Shown in pieces: positions 38,059-50,691 of a stretch of 64,000 nt of DNA. The notes beneath the pieces are model-generated. The model was given only the letters and a program-made list of their open reading frames with translations, was not told the origin of the DNA and ran no database searches. The stretch is from Marsupella aquatica (lineage: Eukaryota; Plantae; Marchantiophyta): NCBI GenBank assembly GCA_973895155.1, contig OZ316895.1, forward strand, positions 2,157,659 through 2,221,658. The letters are read 5' to 3'. Every line of letters starts with the position of its first letter. Position 1 is the first letter of the stretch. Both the position numbers and the translations under genes were made by a program.

Positions 38059-38639
38059 CCCTTACCTTACAGGCCAGTGTCAAGTACTGTCACGCCGAAA
38101 CGACGTGGAGGTCGTCGATCTCTGTCCCGATAGAGTTCTCCGACTCATCTCAGCCGTCCAAATATTGGGATAGCTACTCTAATCTCAGCTGAACCTGAGT
38201 TCCACGACTAATTAGAATTCTGACCCATGTAAGTGGCGAGAAGGCTTTATACTAGGGTGTCTCAAACCTCCACTTTCTGCCTCCGGTTGAAGTCAACTAC
38301 AAATTCCCGGAAAAAAACATGGCGGACACTAAAATGCTTGCCCATACACTCCTGACTGATTGAAACTGGTAGATTTGGGTGTTGAATTTCCCCCCAACTC
38401 CCCCCGCAACTCCTAATGTTCCAGATAAATGCAACTGGGTAAAAATGTACATGGCATGTTGTTTGGTGTCTAACAAAGAATTTGGGGTGAGCCGCACAGC
38501 ACAGCCCTTCACCCGTCCCACTACCCAAACCCACTAAATCTATGCTACCATGGTCTCACTCGAACAACCATAGTCCATTTACATTAGAGTGCAGTCAAGT
38601 GGATGAGCCAAGACCTCTGAATTTATGAAAACCTGTGCC

Positions 38640-39870
38640 AGAGGTGCAATGAGAGCTTGGAGGAAAAAATGACATTATCACAGGGGATCTTTGCATCTTA
38701 ATTGAAGGCCATCCTTGGATCAGGCGTATGAATTGCAGATGCTACAAGGGTGCTTTGGGCTGTCATTCAAAAATTGATGGCAACATTGTCAATGTTATCT
38801 TTGGGAGTTTTTGCTCATGCTCTAGATGAATATGTCAGGATTTGAGAGAGCACTACTATGAAGTCCTTTAAAGCACCACTCTCACCGAAGCAAAACCTGG
38901 TGGATCCATGTTACTAAAATACAAAATTTGGCTCAAAATAGTAAAAAAGTGTTCTATATTGTCCTCCCTGAACCTGGTGGACATTGATGGTTTAACCACA
39001 ACTGCACCTATGAAGAACTCTCATTTCATAGTTCACACAACTCTCATTATAAAGTGCACAGGTTCAAAAATGGGCTGATTAGTGCACCTTTCATGGTGAG
39101 ACATTGTTCACCACATGACACACATGAGAAGTAGTGAGGCAAAGAATGGGGCTTTTATTTGGGCAGGTGTGGTTTAAAGCAATTTTGTGTTGCAAATTCA
39201 ATCAGTGCTTGAGGAGGAGACTTAGGCAACCCACCAAGGAGGACAGTCTCAAGCAATTTGATATAGATGAAAAGAGAGGTTTTCCCTGGTATGGGCCCTA
39301 GAACTGGTTATGAAAACCCAACCTAAAAGCAACTTACATTGAGCTAGAAAAAGGTCATGCATCCATAGATTGTGTGTACTATCAATGAAAGACCTGTCTA
39401 GTAGTTTGGCAAGACTTGTTGACCAAAGAGAAATTGATGATATTGAAGGCAATTGTAGACCGGTTATTGTGGATTGGCATGCATAGTTTTGATTGTATGG
39501 AGGGAACAATGATTTCAATGTTTTGGATTGGTCACCGCTAGAGAGAAAATTTGTTAGGAGTGAATTTAATGAAGTTGGGTTTGCAATGAATGACCACCAC
39601 TATTCTAGGTCTTGCATCCTGACTGATTCAATCTACCTTGACCGGTCCATCTTCAACTCCATTATTTTACTGCTGCAAGGGAATGCCAAAAGTGGTTTGC
39701 AAATGTAAAGAGGGTGCATGAAAGGATGTTAAGAGGGGCACATGGTATGATCCACGAACATTTTGCAATTGTTAGAAAGCCTACCAAGATGCATTATCAA
39801 CAGAAATCAAGGACATCCTTGTGGCTTGTGTGCTTTTGCATAACATGATTGTGGAAGATGAACTACATGA
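38640..39870 (+). mobile_element. PIF/Harbinger transposase pseudogene (plant DDE transposase), fragmented
   Basis: Degenerate motifs appear in the expected order: ADATR..LS..K, ALDEYVRI*EST, LKQFCVA, LRQPT..D, RGFPGM, SIDC, WHA*F..GGNNDFNVLDWSPL, LTDSIY, KDVKR, FAIVRKP, ACVLLHNMIVEDE. Many stops and frameshifts. Confidence 0.9.
38876..39172. mobile_element. 297-bp non-autonomous DNA transposon (MITE, Mutator-like by TSD length) nested in the Harbinger transposase
   Basis: Perfect 9-bp direct repeat TTTAAAGCA at 38867-38875 and 39173-39181. Imperfect TIRs CCACTCTCACCGAAGCAAAA / TTTTATTTGGGCAGGTGTGG. Removing the insert rejoins the transposase motifs EST.MKS and LKQFCVA. Confidence 0.75.
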
Positions 39871-41199
39871 TGAGTTATCACCAAACTTAGATTTTATAGA
39901 GGGAGCTATAGCAAAAGCTAAAAAAGACCTAGGCTTGCATTGTGGAATGGAGTAGGTACCATTTTTGCACCATCAACAACTTACAGATCCTATAATTTCT
40001 CAACCCTATAGCTGAACGGACCGCCACCAATCCTTACTGGACTTATACTCTGCACATTTTCAACATGCAGCGTGAAATTGTTACGCACATCCCCGAATTT
40101 ATGGAGTTGAGCACGGCTGGACACTTCCTCAATGTCCACATCAACATACTCGACCAACACCTAGGTACTTATGAATCTACCAGGTTTGACAAAAGACAAT
40201 TGTTACTTTTTCCCTTTGATCCTGCAATACATTCAGCTGCATTCTAATATACTCATGAAACTATCTGAAAATGATGCCTACTTAGCATTAGTAGAAATAC
40301 AGATCCTGGTAGATGCACTAGTCAAGAATGGCTTTCAGCAGGCCCGATTGGGTAGGATAATATTATAATTGTGCTCAACCCATGTTTTCCCAGGTGTTAG
40401 ATTTCCTACAAATATTATGTACACTTCTTTCTGAACAGATTAACAGACGTGCTTTCCATACTAACCATCGACGAGATGATAAATTTTTTGAGCAAAGAAT
40501 TGTGAGTATGGTATGCACTGCCCATTTGGGCTGAGTGCATACCACACTCACAACAGATGGGAGTGCCAGTACCATGGGTTTATGGTGGTGGGAGCTCTCT
40601 CTCTCAATACTATAGGACATTATACCAGTTTGCCTAATGATATACCATCCATAGAGCACCATTGACATTTGTAATGCTCATAAATTATAATGCTTTACAT
40701 ATAACACATGTCACGCATATGTATGGTCCACATGAAACCTTATTGTTATTTTTTATTTCCTTACCACATGGGATGAACCCACACCATACGATCAAAACTA
40801 CCCACGAAAGGGCATTACCAATGAGGCTTAGCGCAAGCAACACTGGCGGCAACCTTAAACTAACCCCCTCCTCTATGTCCTACCCTCTATCTAAGGACCC
40901 TCGCCCCAATTCGATCACGCAATCTTGGCTACATTTTGAGTATACACAACCGACTGCCTCTCCATAGTATGTCTCACAACACAAGTAGGATGCTTTGGCT
41001 TACATGCTAGTCAGGGGACCGTGGCTGCTACACAAGTATACACCATTCTGACATTGGGCGAAGACTGTCCATTACCACATCAAAACAACTTCCAACATGG
41101 CTCGTGCAACACAGGTCTGTACACAAGACATCACTTTACCACTTTTTACTGCATGAGGAATTGATGTTCTTTACATTTGCTAGAACATGCCGGCTAGCC

Positions 41200-44100
41200 T
41201 TGTCTTGGTTCATGTCTCCCCGTTACCGCTGTGGCTATAGGTAGCAGTCTAAACATGAAGCAAGGATTGAATGCAATTGAGTTTTGATCCCGCCCTTATG
41301 AGGGGGGCTGAACGTCGACCCTGGGGTCTATGATGCAAAATAAGTCTCCTACATTCCGATACTAGTTGATGGTCTCCGTCACACGGCAAGATTAGTTGTG
41401 TTGATGCATCGAATAGATACCCTAGCTTTCACCTGGAATGCACTCTTTTCAAGCGATGCTAATATCTCTAGGTATGAATGTTACTAATTGTGGCTTTTGA
41501 ATGATTGTGACTAACTATCATTTAAATGCCAACACTCAAATAATATTCTAGTCTCCCCGATACTATGCCTATGACTTCTTGAACCACCACACAATTATTC
41601 CAGGTATTCCACTATGCTTTTGGAGTTATTGCAAATGCGTGTTTCCAATAACAGGGCGACTGATCCACTGATCAATTGTCTCAAACGTGCAGTTAAGTCT
41701 TTGGTTCGTGGACACAGAGCAATTTCAAATTTTGGAGATTCTGGACGTGATTGCAAATGGATTTGGAATATTCCAGATAATGAATTTAGTATTCTTCTTC
41801 TAAGCTAGGAAGCTGGCCTTTATTTCAGGTCTAGTGCAGTGTTTCTCCTGCATTGCTTCACCTTGGAGTTTTGCAAATGAGGTATTTCATGCTTGTGCAA
41901 ACTATCTAAGGCTTTCTATGTCTGTGGTTGTGTATCATTGATAATGCAGGTTACGAGACGTGAGGTAGTTGGGTGAGCACATTGTACAGATCATGCTGTT
42001 CTTAATTTTCTTCTTAATCTTTGGCACAAAATTCTGGAGTCTCTCAGATGCCTGGCCTGTTTTACGAGCATTTTGCATAAAGGCTCTATGACTTAGTTGT
42101 TGATTGTCGGCTTTCCTTTTTTCTGTGAATGTACAAGGCTTGGAAATGTGATAGAGAGTGGCAAGGACCGCGTAGTGAAGCGGTAGTGGATGAAGTTGTT
42201 TCCAGTGAGAACTATAATATGCCTCATTTGTATATGTGTAGTGCTGACATAGAGCGGTGCCTGATTTGCATTTCTTGGTTTGGGAGAGCAAAGCAAGCTG
42301 CTTATATTCCTCAGTCGTTGTTTTAAGTCCCCAAATTTTGTTTTGAAAGCTCTAAATGGATTGATGGAACATTTTGGAATAGTCACATGTCTTCTAATCC
42401 TGAATCCAATTGTAAGTTTGGTCATGAGGTGAAGGCACTTTGCTGTGTCTTAAGACATACAGCTAAATGTCCATAGATGTACAAATCTACATATGTTTGT
42501 ACTTGCAGAAATGACTTGTAGACAAAGGTTGACTGCAAATGGACCTATGACAGCCTATGACCTAGTTATGTCATCTCAAAGAAAGTCAACTCAGGGTATT
42601 GGGATTGCTAACACACCATCCCTTGAAAGGATGGTTTCATCTGCGGGCAAGGCAACAAGGCAAGGTGTTGCCAAGAGAAACCTGAGTATGGGTACACCTA
42701 AAACACCAGAGGAAGATGGAGGCGGTGCCAGACAATCACCTTACATGAGGTACAAGAGTTCATTCAGTGCTATTTATATGATCTAGATCATAAATTTTTA
42801 TACTCTATGAACACTGTGTATAAATTGTGCATGATCATTAATTTTAAATTTGTGAAGTGCAGATTTCAAGCACAGAGAACATCTCTGCCTAGGTCGTCCA
42901 TTGAAAACCAAGCAAACATTATAGTCACCAGGAAAAGATAATATATTGATTTGGATGATGATGAGAATATCAGGTGAAACTTGTTTTAAGATTTCTTTTG
43001 CTTTAGGTTAGTTTTGCAATATAGTAAACAATTTACTAATTCATTTCTCTACATGTTTTGTTACAATACAAAAATGAAACAGAAACTCCTAGACTAGGAA
43101 GAAGCCCAAAATTACCCAGAGGATTTCACATGACAGATGAAGAACTTATTAGGTATATAGTTTTATGTTTTTGTGCATTAAAATGTGTAGATTTATAGAA
43201 TTTAAAATTAATGTATATATTGTTGTTTTTCCATAGAGACTATATTGTTTCTGAACCACAAACCCCAATGGAGCAAAGAAGAAATCCACTTACTGCTAAG
43301 ACATTACGTTCACATAAACAGAGAAGAAAGTCTAGTGAAGACAGAGCTGTCACATATAATTTTATTTGGAGATCAATTTTTTTATAAAATTATGCACTTT
43401 TACGTCCTAAATAAATTATATAAATTTTCTGTTCTCTTGAAAATTTTGATATATGTATTTTATAATGCAGTGAGATAAATATTCCAACTACTTTTGACAA
43501 AGTTCATTATGACATAATGAAGATTCAATTGAAAGAGTATAAAGAAACATTGGCCAATATGCAGAGAGTATCAAATACTATTATGCATAAGATAGTTGAG
43601 CGGCCTAGACATTGTAGGTAGGAATGTGTTTCCAAAGTACTAACAGATGTAGTAAGCTATTTTATGTTAGGAAGTGAGGTAAGCTGCACTATGTACCTCA
43701 GTGAAAATCAATTAATCTCCAGAATACTAGATGCTTTTGGTATAAGTATGGGACAGAAAGACATGGTAGAACAATTCATAATAAAATGAAGCAAAGGTGG
43801 ACTGCCTGATGTGCCACGTATATGAAAACATCATCGATATGAGGGGGGTTATACTCAGGGTAATGTTTCCTTACTTTCTATAAAAAAATTCATTATATTA
43901 ACTATTGTTGATAAAAAATGGTCAGGTTATCATTGAAACTAATTGGAATGCTTTCTTACAGATCTTGAGAGAATTGGGGGCAACCAAGCCCACGGGTGGA
44001 GATGAGAATGTTATGGATGGGTGGAGGCGAAGGGTAGCTTCTATAAGAAGAAATAAAGAATGAAGATGTGACTTAGAAGAGGATAGGTATTATCCATGTG

Positions 44101-44700
44101 ATCCCTTGCTCCACATCATAATATTTCAAGAATTTTGTTTGGAACCTTTATGAAAACTATTATATAGTACTCACTGATATGTGTTGCTACATGATAGTTT
44201 TATGTAAGTATTTTTGACTCTCTTTGATTTGTTTTATTGCATTGTTTCCTATGGAATTCTCTTGATTTGCTTTATTGCATTGTTTCCTATCTATTCCTCT
44301 TTGACTGATGTTTGTTGTTGTTTGACTGACATTGAACACGTATGATTCTTGGGGATCTTTTACAATGCATCACTCAATTGCACGAGTGTTAAAATGTATC
44401 CGATATGATAAAATATGTCTGTGACTATTAGCATTCTCCAAGCAGGGTTTTTTTTACATAATGTGAGTACTTTTTATGATGTCATTATTCATTAGTGCAT
44501 AAACCAACATTGTTTATTTGGAATATGTGAGGTGATATTTTGAATGTACATTTATCGATTCTAACGTACATGATTCTTTTTACTTTATAGTTGGAACTTG
44601 CAGTGGAAGGCAAAGTGATGAAAGCATCACAGATGAACCTCCATCACAAGAATATGCTTGACATGGAAGACAAAATAAGAGGATATAGGGCAGATATGAC
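41200..44700 (+). pseudogene. Decayed multi-exon gene of unknown identity in an AT-rich block, probably transposon-borne
   Basis: Exon-like segments with AG/GT borders (e.g. 42509-42749, 42863-42973; acceptors near 43236, 43961, 44590) alternate with short T-rich introns. Long readable stretches are broken by stops, and I recognised no domain. Confidence 0.35.
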
Positions 44701-45220
44701 ATAAGTGATTGTCATGGTATATTAAGATTATGAAAATGACAATTGAACTCAGTCATTGAGAAGACTATTATGTAGACTATTATGTTTTAGTTTGTGATTC
44801 ATATTGCTATTCATATAAACACTTTTATATTGTTATATGAATAACTAAAGTCATTGGTTTATTACTTGTTTACCTTCTAAGTGTCCTCACATATATGAAT
44901 GTTTTAAGTTTATGGTTTTATTGCTTTCTTTTGTAATTCTCCATCACACAGGGAGAGAGGTTTTGTTGGAAGGTGTCTTGTAACTATAACTAAATTCTGG
45001 TTTAAGTATTGTTTGTTGGGTCACCCTCATCTTGCTTGATTAGCAAAAGAGGAGTAGCAAGCAATGATTGATTAGCAAAAAAAGGAATAGCAAGCAATGA
45101 GCACTATGTAGGAACATGACCCTTAAACACTTTATTGTGCTTGACTACTTTCAACTTAAGATGTACTATAATATTGTTAATGATTATTGTTGGCATACGA
45201 GATAAGACAATGACCGTATT

Positions 45221-45551
45221 ATTCCTTAGTGAGCCTGACCTGTTTGGGTGGTTAGAGACAATGACTGTATTATTTCTTTGTGAGCTGCACCTGTTTGGGT
45301 GGTTACAGTTTACAATTCCCTGCAAACTATAATGACAATGAAGAACCCCATGAAAAGTCATACTCTTATGACAATGAAACCCTATATTATTCCTTAGTGA
45401 ATAGCACATGTTTGGGTGGTTAGAGATAATGATTGTATTATTCTTTTGTGAACCGCACCTATTTGGGTGGTTACAATTTACAATTCCCTATAAACTATAA
45501 TGACAATGAAGAATCTCATGAAAAGTCATACTTTTATGACAATGAAACCCT
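45221..45551. repeat. Tandem duplication of about 168 bp with an internal ~51-bp subrepeat
   Basis: ATTCCTTAGTGA...TGTTTGGGTGGTTAGAGA...TTTGGGTGGTTACA.TTTACAATTCCCT...TGAAAAGTCATACT.TTATGACAATGAAACCCT occurs twice. Confidence 0.85.
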
Positions 45552-47553
45552 GATAGAAAATTAAAGAAATCATATTGTTATGATCTTGAAACCCTGATAG
45601 AAAATTAGATCTATCAATGATAAAATAAAATTGGATTAGTCTTAAAATATCATATTATTTTAGTTTTGAAATAATATTGATTATATAATGTTTAATTAAT
45701 AATACAATTCTAATGACAATACTTTAAAGTAATATGTCAATATTGTAAAAATTGATTCTATAATGATTTAGCAAATACTTTTATATCATAACAATGTCAT
45801 TCCAATATTTAACAAATTTCCAATGAAACATTGCAAGTTTTGAATATTATTTGGGTGTTAAATACATGTTGATATACTAATAAGAGTTTGTTGGAAATTA
45901 TTGTTGATTTTTTGATGAGTTATCAAACTAACATTGTCAAAATTTTCAACATAAAATATATAATACAAACCATTGATGTAAATATAAGTTATATACTCAC
46001 AATGAATAAATAATGATAACATGATAAATAAATTTAATTTTAAAACACTATGGGCAATGTTGAAAATTGCAACAATGAATCATCATTAAAAAATTTGTAT
46101 GTATAAAAGTGATGTTTATGTGTTGAGGTAAATTCATGATGAAACATTGTTGGAAAGGACACACATCAAGTTCCTGATGTTGTTACCTATCAATACATAC
46201 AATTAGTGCTAATGACTATTGTAGTGTTATATCATTTAGTTATTGCTTCTAGTACTTACGTATGTATGTTGAATTTATAAAGTGCACTATGGAACTTTGT
46301 TGGTGGGGAGACTCTATTAATAAATCCTTAGAGATATGTTCATTCAACAATATGCACTAGTTGAACTGGGTTTATCTAACAAATTTATTTGCATCTTGAA
46401 AGATTTGGCAAGTAAAATACCTAGAGTTACTTTGAAGCAAAATGCATTGGAGATTTTGGGTTAAAGGATGAGTTGGGTGGGAAAGAAACATCACTTTTCT
46501 AGAGTTTGGATTACCTTGCTTTAATGAAAAAATATGCTATTTCACTTCCAAGGCTATTTTTCAAACATTTGAGCATAGAAAAGTGCTCTAGGTAGTTATT
46601 CAATCCATTGTTACTTGGATTATACCAGAGTGTGGGTCAGACTGCCATGAGCATGTGGGAACTAAATTCAATTGTGTTTAGGACCCAAGAACATACTGTT
46701 GACGCTCTGGATAAAACAAACAAGTTAATGGCATAGTAAGTACATTTTAAACTTTAACTTAAGTACATTGAGATTTGGTATTCACATACTTATTCTAGAT
46801 ATGGTTTATCTAAAGTATGATCAATTTTAATCACCAAAAGTTCTCTTTATTAGCTTGCTCATATACTCCTATCTACTTGTATCTATTAGCTAATTGATGT
46901 ATATAAACTTGATTCTTTTGTTTGGAAGTAAAATATTCAACTCTCATTGTTTGGGAAGGGTGAAAAAGTTGGTGACTATCCTTGGGAAGTACATTTTGAC
47001 ATCATTAAGATCCATGGAATGAGCCACCTTTGTGATTCTATTTTCAAACATCTTGTATTCTATTTGAATATTTCACAAACTTCCATGAACATTTACACAT
47101 CGAGCAAACAACAAAAAAGACTATGAACAACATATGACTTGTCATCACCAAAGGTTATATGCAATTGGTAGGAAAATAACTTCACCCAACAAGATTGGAT
47201 ATTCGGTTCTTGGGAGAGAGACGACACTTTATAAGATAATTAAACTAAAGTTTGACGGACCCGTCAAGTAAGCTTTAAGTTCATTAATAGGATGGTGTAT
47301 GATGAAGTTTTGTATATTATTTATTTATATAGACTTGGACTTAAAACTTAATATTGTTGTGATGTGCAGGTTGTATATTCAGAACTAAATGTCTTGATAG
47401 GTTCAAAGATGCAATTTCAAATGGAGTGGTTGCAAAAAACATCTGAAGATATACTTTCAAGTGGGAAAAAATATCTTACTTTCACAACTTGAAACAAGAA
47501 CCAATCTAAAAGTGGCAATCAAAACTTATTGCAAAGAAAATGGTTTACAAAAC

Positions 47554-47768
47554 TTCCAAGTATATAATCTATTTGGCACATTATCCTACTTCTTTATTTT
47601 TGGTCATTGAATACTTAATTATATTTCTGTATTTGTTCCATTTAAATCAAGCTCCTTATTTTCCAAGTGTATAATCTATTTGGCACATTACCCTACTTCT
47701 TTATTTTTGGTCATTGAATACTTAATTATATTTCTGTATTTGTTCCATTTAAATCAAGCTCCTTATTT
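47554..47768. repeat. Near-perfect 107-bp tandem duplication
   Basis: TTCCAAGT.TATAATCTATTTGGCACATTA.CCTACTTC...AAATCAAGCTCCTTATTTT starts at 47554 and 47661, with about 2 mismatches. Confidence 0.92.
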
Positions 47769-49325
47769 TTGTGTCTTGACAAACACTTGAACTTAAGAAC
47801 GGGATTGCAATTCCAATAGGCATGGGGACAGATTTGGAGATTGGCCAATGATTGCTAGGTCAACTTATAAGTTTCATGGTGATCTGTATTTCAGTGATGT
47901 GACCATCCAAATGGAAGAGAATGAGAAGAACCTTTAAATTTATATGTATAACTATGGTTTGTGTTTTCCAAGTGAGGTCATTGCAGATAATGGGGGTGCA
48001 AAAACCAGAAAAACTAGTTCTTGTAAGGTGATATAACTGTAAAAGGAGATCATAAAGAATCATTGGATGTTTAGTTTTACAAGTAGTCTCAAATAGTATA
48101 GCTCAAGTGACCATTCCTCAAGACAAATGCAAAGAGAAGCCTATACCATCATTCTTACTAACAACATATTAAGAGTTATCCAATTTATTTCACATTATGG
48201 CACAGAGGGGGAAAGTGAATTCTTGGTGATTCGGTTCAAGTTTTAAATGTGCCCCGCTTAATTCCCAAACCAAATTCAATTCACTATGGTTGCCATTATT
48301 TATGTTATGGGTAAGTTCTTGAATGTTTTCCGATTAGCTTAGCTTATTGTATTGCTTTCATTTACCAGAGAAATTTTCCTTGGTGTGTTTTCCAGATACA
48401 ATTTTCAGCACATGGTATGAGTATTTGATATTTTCTTTCAATGAGTACAATTATATTCTGGATTTTGCCAAGGTGTACATGCAAGGAGTGTTGTATAGTC
48501 TAATTGTGGAGTGTTGTAGTTCTACAACATGCATTGTTGTGACCAAGTGTAAGATATGTTAGAGTATAGTATTGTAGAGAAAAACTTTGTATTATGGGAT
48601 GCCAAGTGCAACCCCTATTAGACTGGGATGAGATTTGCTTAGAATCATTATCTCGCTACTATATTAATATAAATTGTTTTACACTTTGTTATGGTGATAT
48701 ATTTCTTTGATATGATGCTATGATTCTAGTCTCACTTTCAACCCTATCCAACACTATTTTGATATGTCAACATTTTATAATTTGAAAAATGACTTATTAT
48801 TGAAATGACATTGAATCTATTTGGGTTGATTGATATTAAACTACCAAGGAAACAACCATAAGCCTATTAGGAAATGATGTATGAATGACAATGAATCAAT
48901 GACAGAATTGCCTTGGAATGACAATGAATCCATTATGACAAGTTTGTGTCAAAATTGTGATGAATCTTCAATGAAATGACCTTGAACAAACAAACACTAA
49001 TAGTCCTTGACATAAAATATATTTATTACACACAAAAGACATTACCTTGATGTAATATTGGAATGACATTATTTAACAATGATTCACCGGTTACAATGAA
49101 ACATTGCAAAATCATTACAAATTAAATATTGATGTAATATTGTGCTAACGCTATTCAACAAGGATAAACTAACAATGAAATATTGCAAAATCATCACCAA
49201 TTAGTTTAACAATGAACAAGTGTTGAAAATTCACTTAATAATTATTGACTCAACTTAAAGAAAATACAAAGCAATGAATTGATATGCAACTAGTGTAGGA
49301 TAAACAATTACTAGTGAACATGTAA

Positions 49326-50691
49326 TCTACAATTATAATAAGGGATCTCATCTTTTCCCGTCCTTCGTCCCAATACAAAAAAGCTCTTGGGCGGGAAATA
49401 TACACAACCGTTGGATTGATTAGCTATTTTCCCTCACCATTGATGGAATAAATGTGCACCCGTGGCACATATGTGCTTCCCGTTGCCCCATAAATACCCC
49501 GGCTTGAGTCCCTATGGGCTGGCCACTCCTTGCGTAGTGGAACGCACTGGCATAGGGCTCATCTACAACTATAATATCCAATCCCGCCAATTTTTGTCCT
49601 TCGTCCCATTACAAAATATGTTTTGGGCAGAAATGATCCACAACCATTAGATCTTTTGCAAGTTTTTTAATATCGTTCGATCATGGAAAAGAGACCATTA
49701 GCATTAGACATCAAAGAATAGAGACGTACTAATACAAAGGATGATAATAAAATGCCTTGACAAAGATTATGAAGGTGTACAAAGGACGTACTCCAGAAGA
49801 TCACTCTATTATGATTGTCCTTGCAAGTATGACTGTCTCTGCCACTACATTCTTCCCCTCCTCAATCCTCGTGCACTTGCTGTCCACTATTACCCTCATA
49901 ATTATAGGGATGGAAGAGTGCCATCCAAGATACAAGAGGGCATCTATTATCCTCACAAGGTATGATTCTACGTATGGGAGAGACTAGAGAGGACCAAGGA
50001 GGGACATAGACTCAAATAGAAAAGTAAAGGAAGGGAGAGAGGCCCAAGGAGAGAGAGGCTAAAAGACAAAAAAGTGGATAAAGATAATGAAAAAACAAAC
50101 AAAGAAAATTTTGTTTTTGGAGAAAATTTAAAAATTAAAAATGTAGGGGGGAGGAAAGAGTATCTTATTTTTAATTTTTATTAAAAGGATCAATGAATTT
50201 TCATGAGCAAAAGAGGAGCGAGCATCAAGGAGTTTCTTTATTGTAGATGGTACCTTTTCCACAAACATCATCTTTCACACAATATAGTCTTTGCACAATG
50301 ACATATTCTCTACAAGAAAAATCTTTCACAAAACATCTTTTCAGCAATGACATTGTTTACACAAGGATGTACTTTGTTCAATTTTAATTTTTTGGCAAAC
50401 AATATTGCTTTTGCATTGACATCTTTTTTGTAACAACATATTTTCAACAATGAAATCATGTATAGAATAACATTTTTGGAACAATTTATTTTCCGCAAAT
50501 GACATATTTTGCCCAACTACATCTTTTCCGTAAATAACAAATTTTTGCAACGTTATCTTTTTCGCAAATGACATCTTTTCTGCATATAACATCTTTTCCG
50601 CAACGACATCTTTTTCGCATACGATATGTTTTACACATTGACAATTTTTGCGTAACAATATCTTTTGTGCAACGCACAGGTATTGAGCTAG
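49326..50691 (+). mobile_element. Non-autonomous Helitron (about 1.37 kb) with both termini
   Basis: 5' end A|TCTACAATTATAATAAGGG. 3' hairpin TGTGC-AAC-GCACA (50666-50678) lies 9 nt before CTAG (50688-50691)|T. Inserted between A and T with no TSD. A second copy of the 5' end sits at about 49562, and there is a subterminal ~18-bp repeat array. Confidence 0.8.
50260..50670. repeat. Degenerate ~17-18-bp tandem array (consensus near GACATCTTTTCCGCAAAT), roughly 20 units
   Basis: Repeated ACATCTTTT.CGCAA / ACATATTTT motifs run right up to the Helitron 3' hairpin. Confidence 0.8.

Noticed and set aside
45102-49315. CACTA element bounded by CACTA (45102) and TAGTG (49291 or 49312)
   Set aside because: The termini do not match beyond the 5-mer, and I found no convincing 3-bp TSD or TnpD motifs.
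50310-50677. Cys/Lys-rich minus-strand ORFs resembling metallothionein-like peptides
   Set aside because: They are translations of the 18-bp Helitron repeat array, open in several frames.
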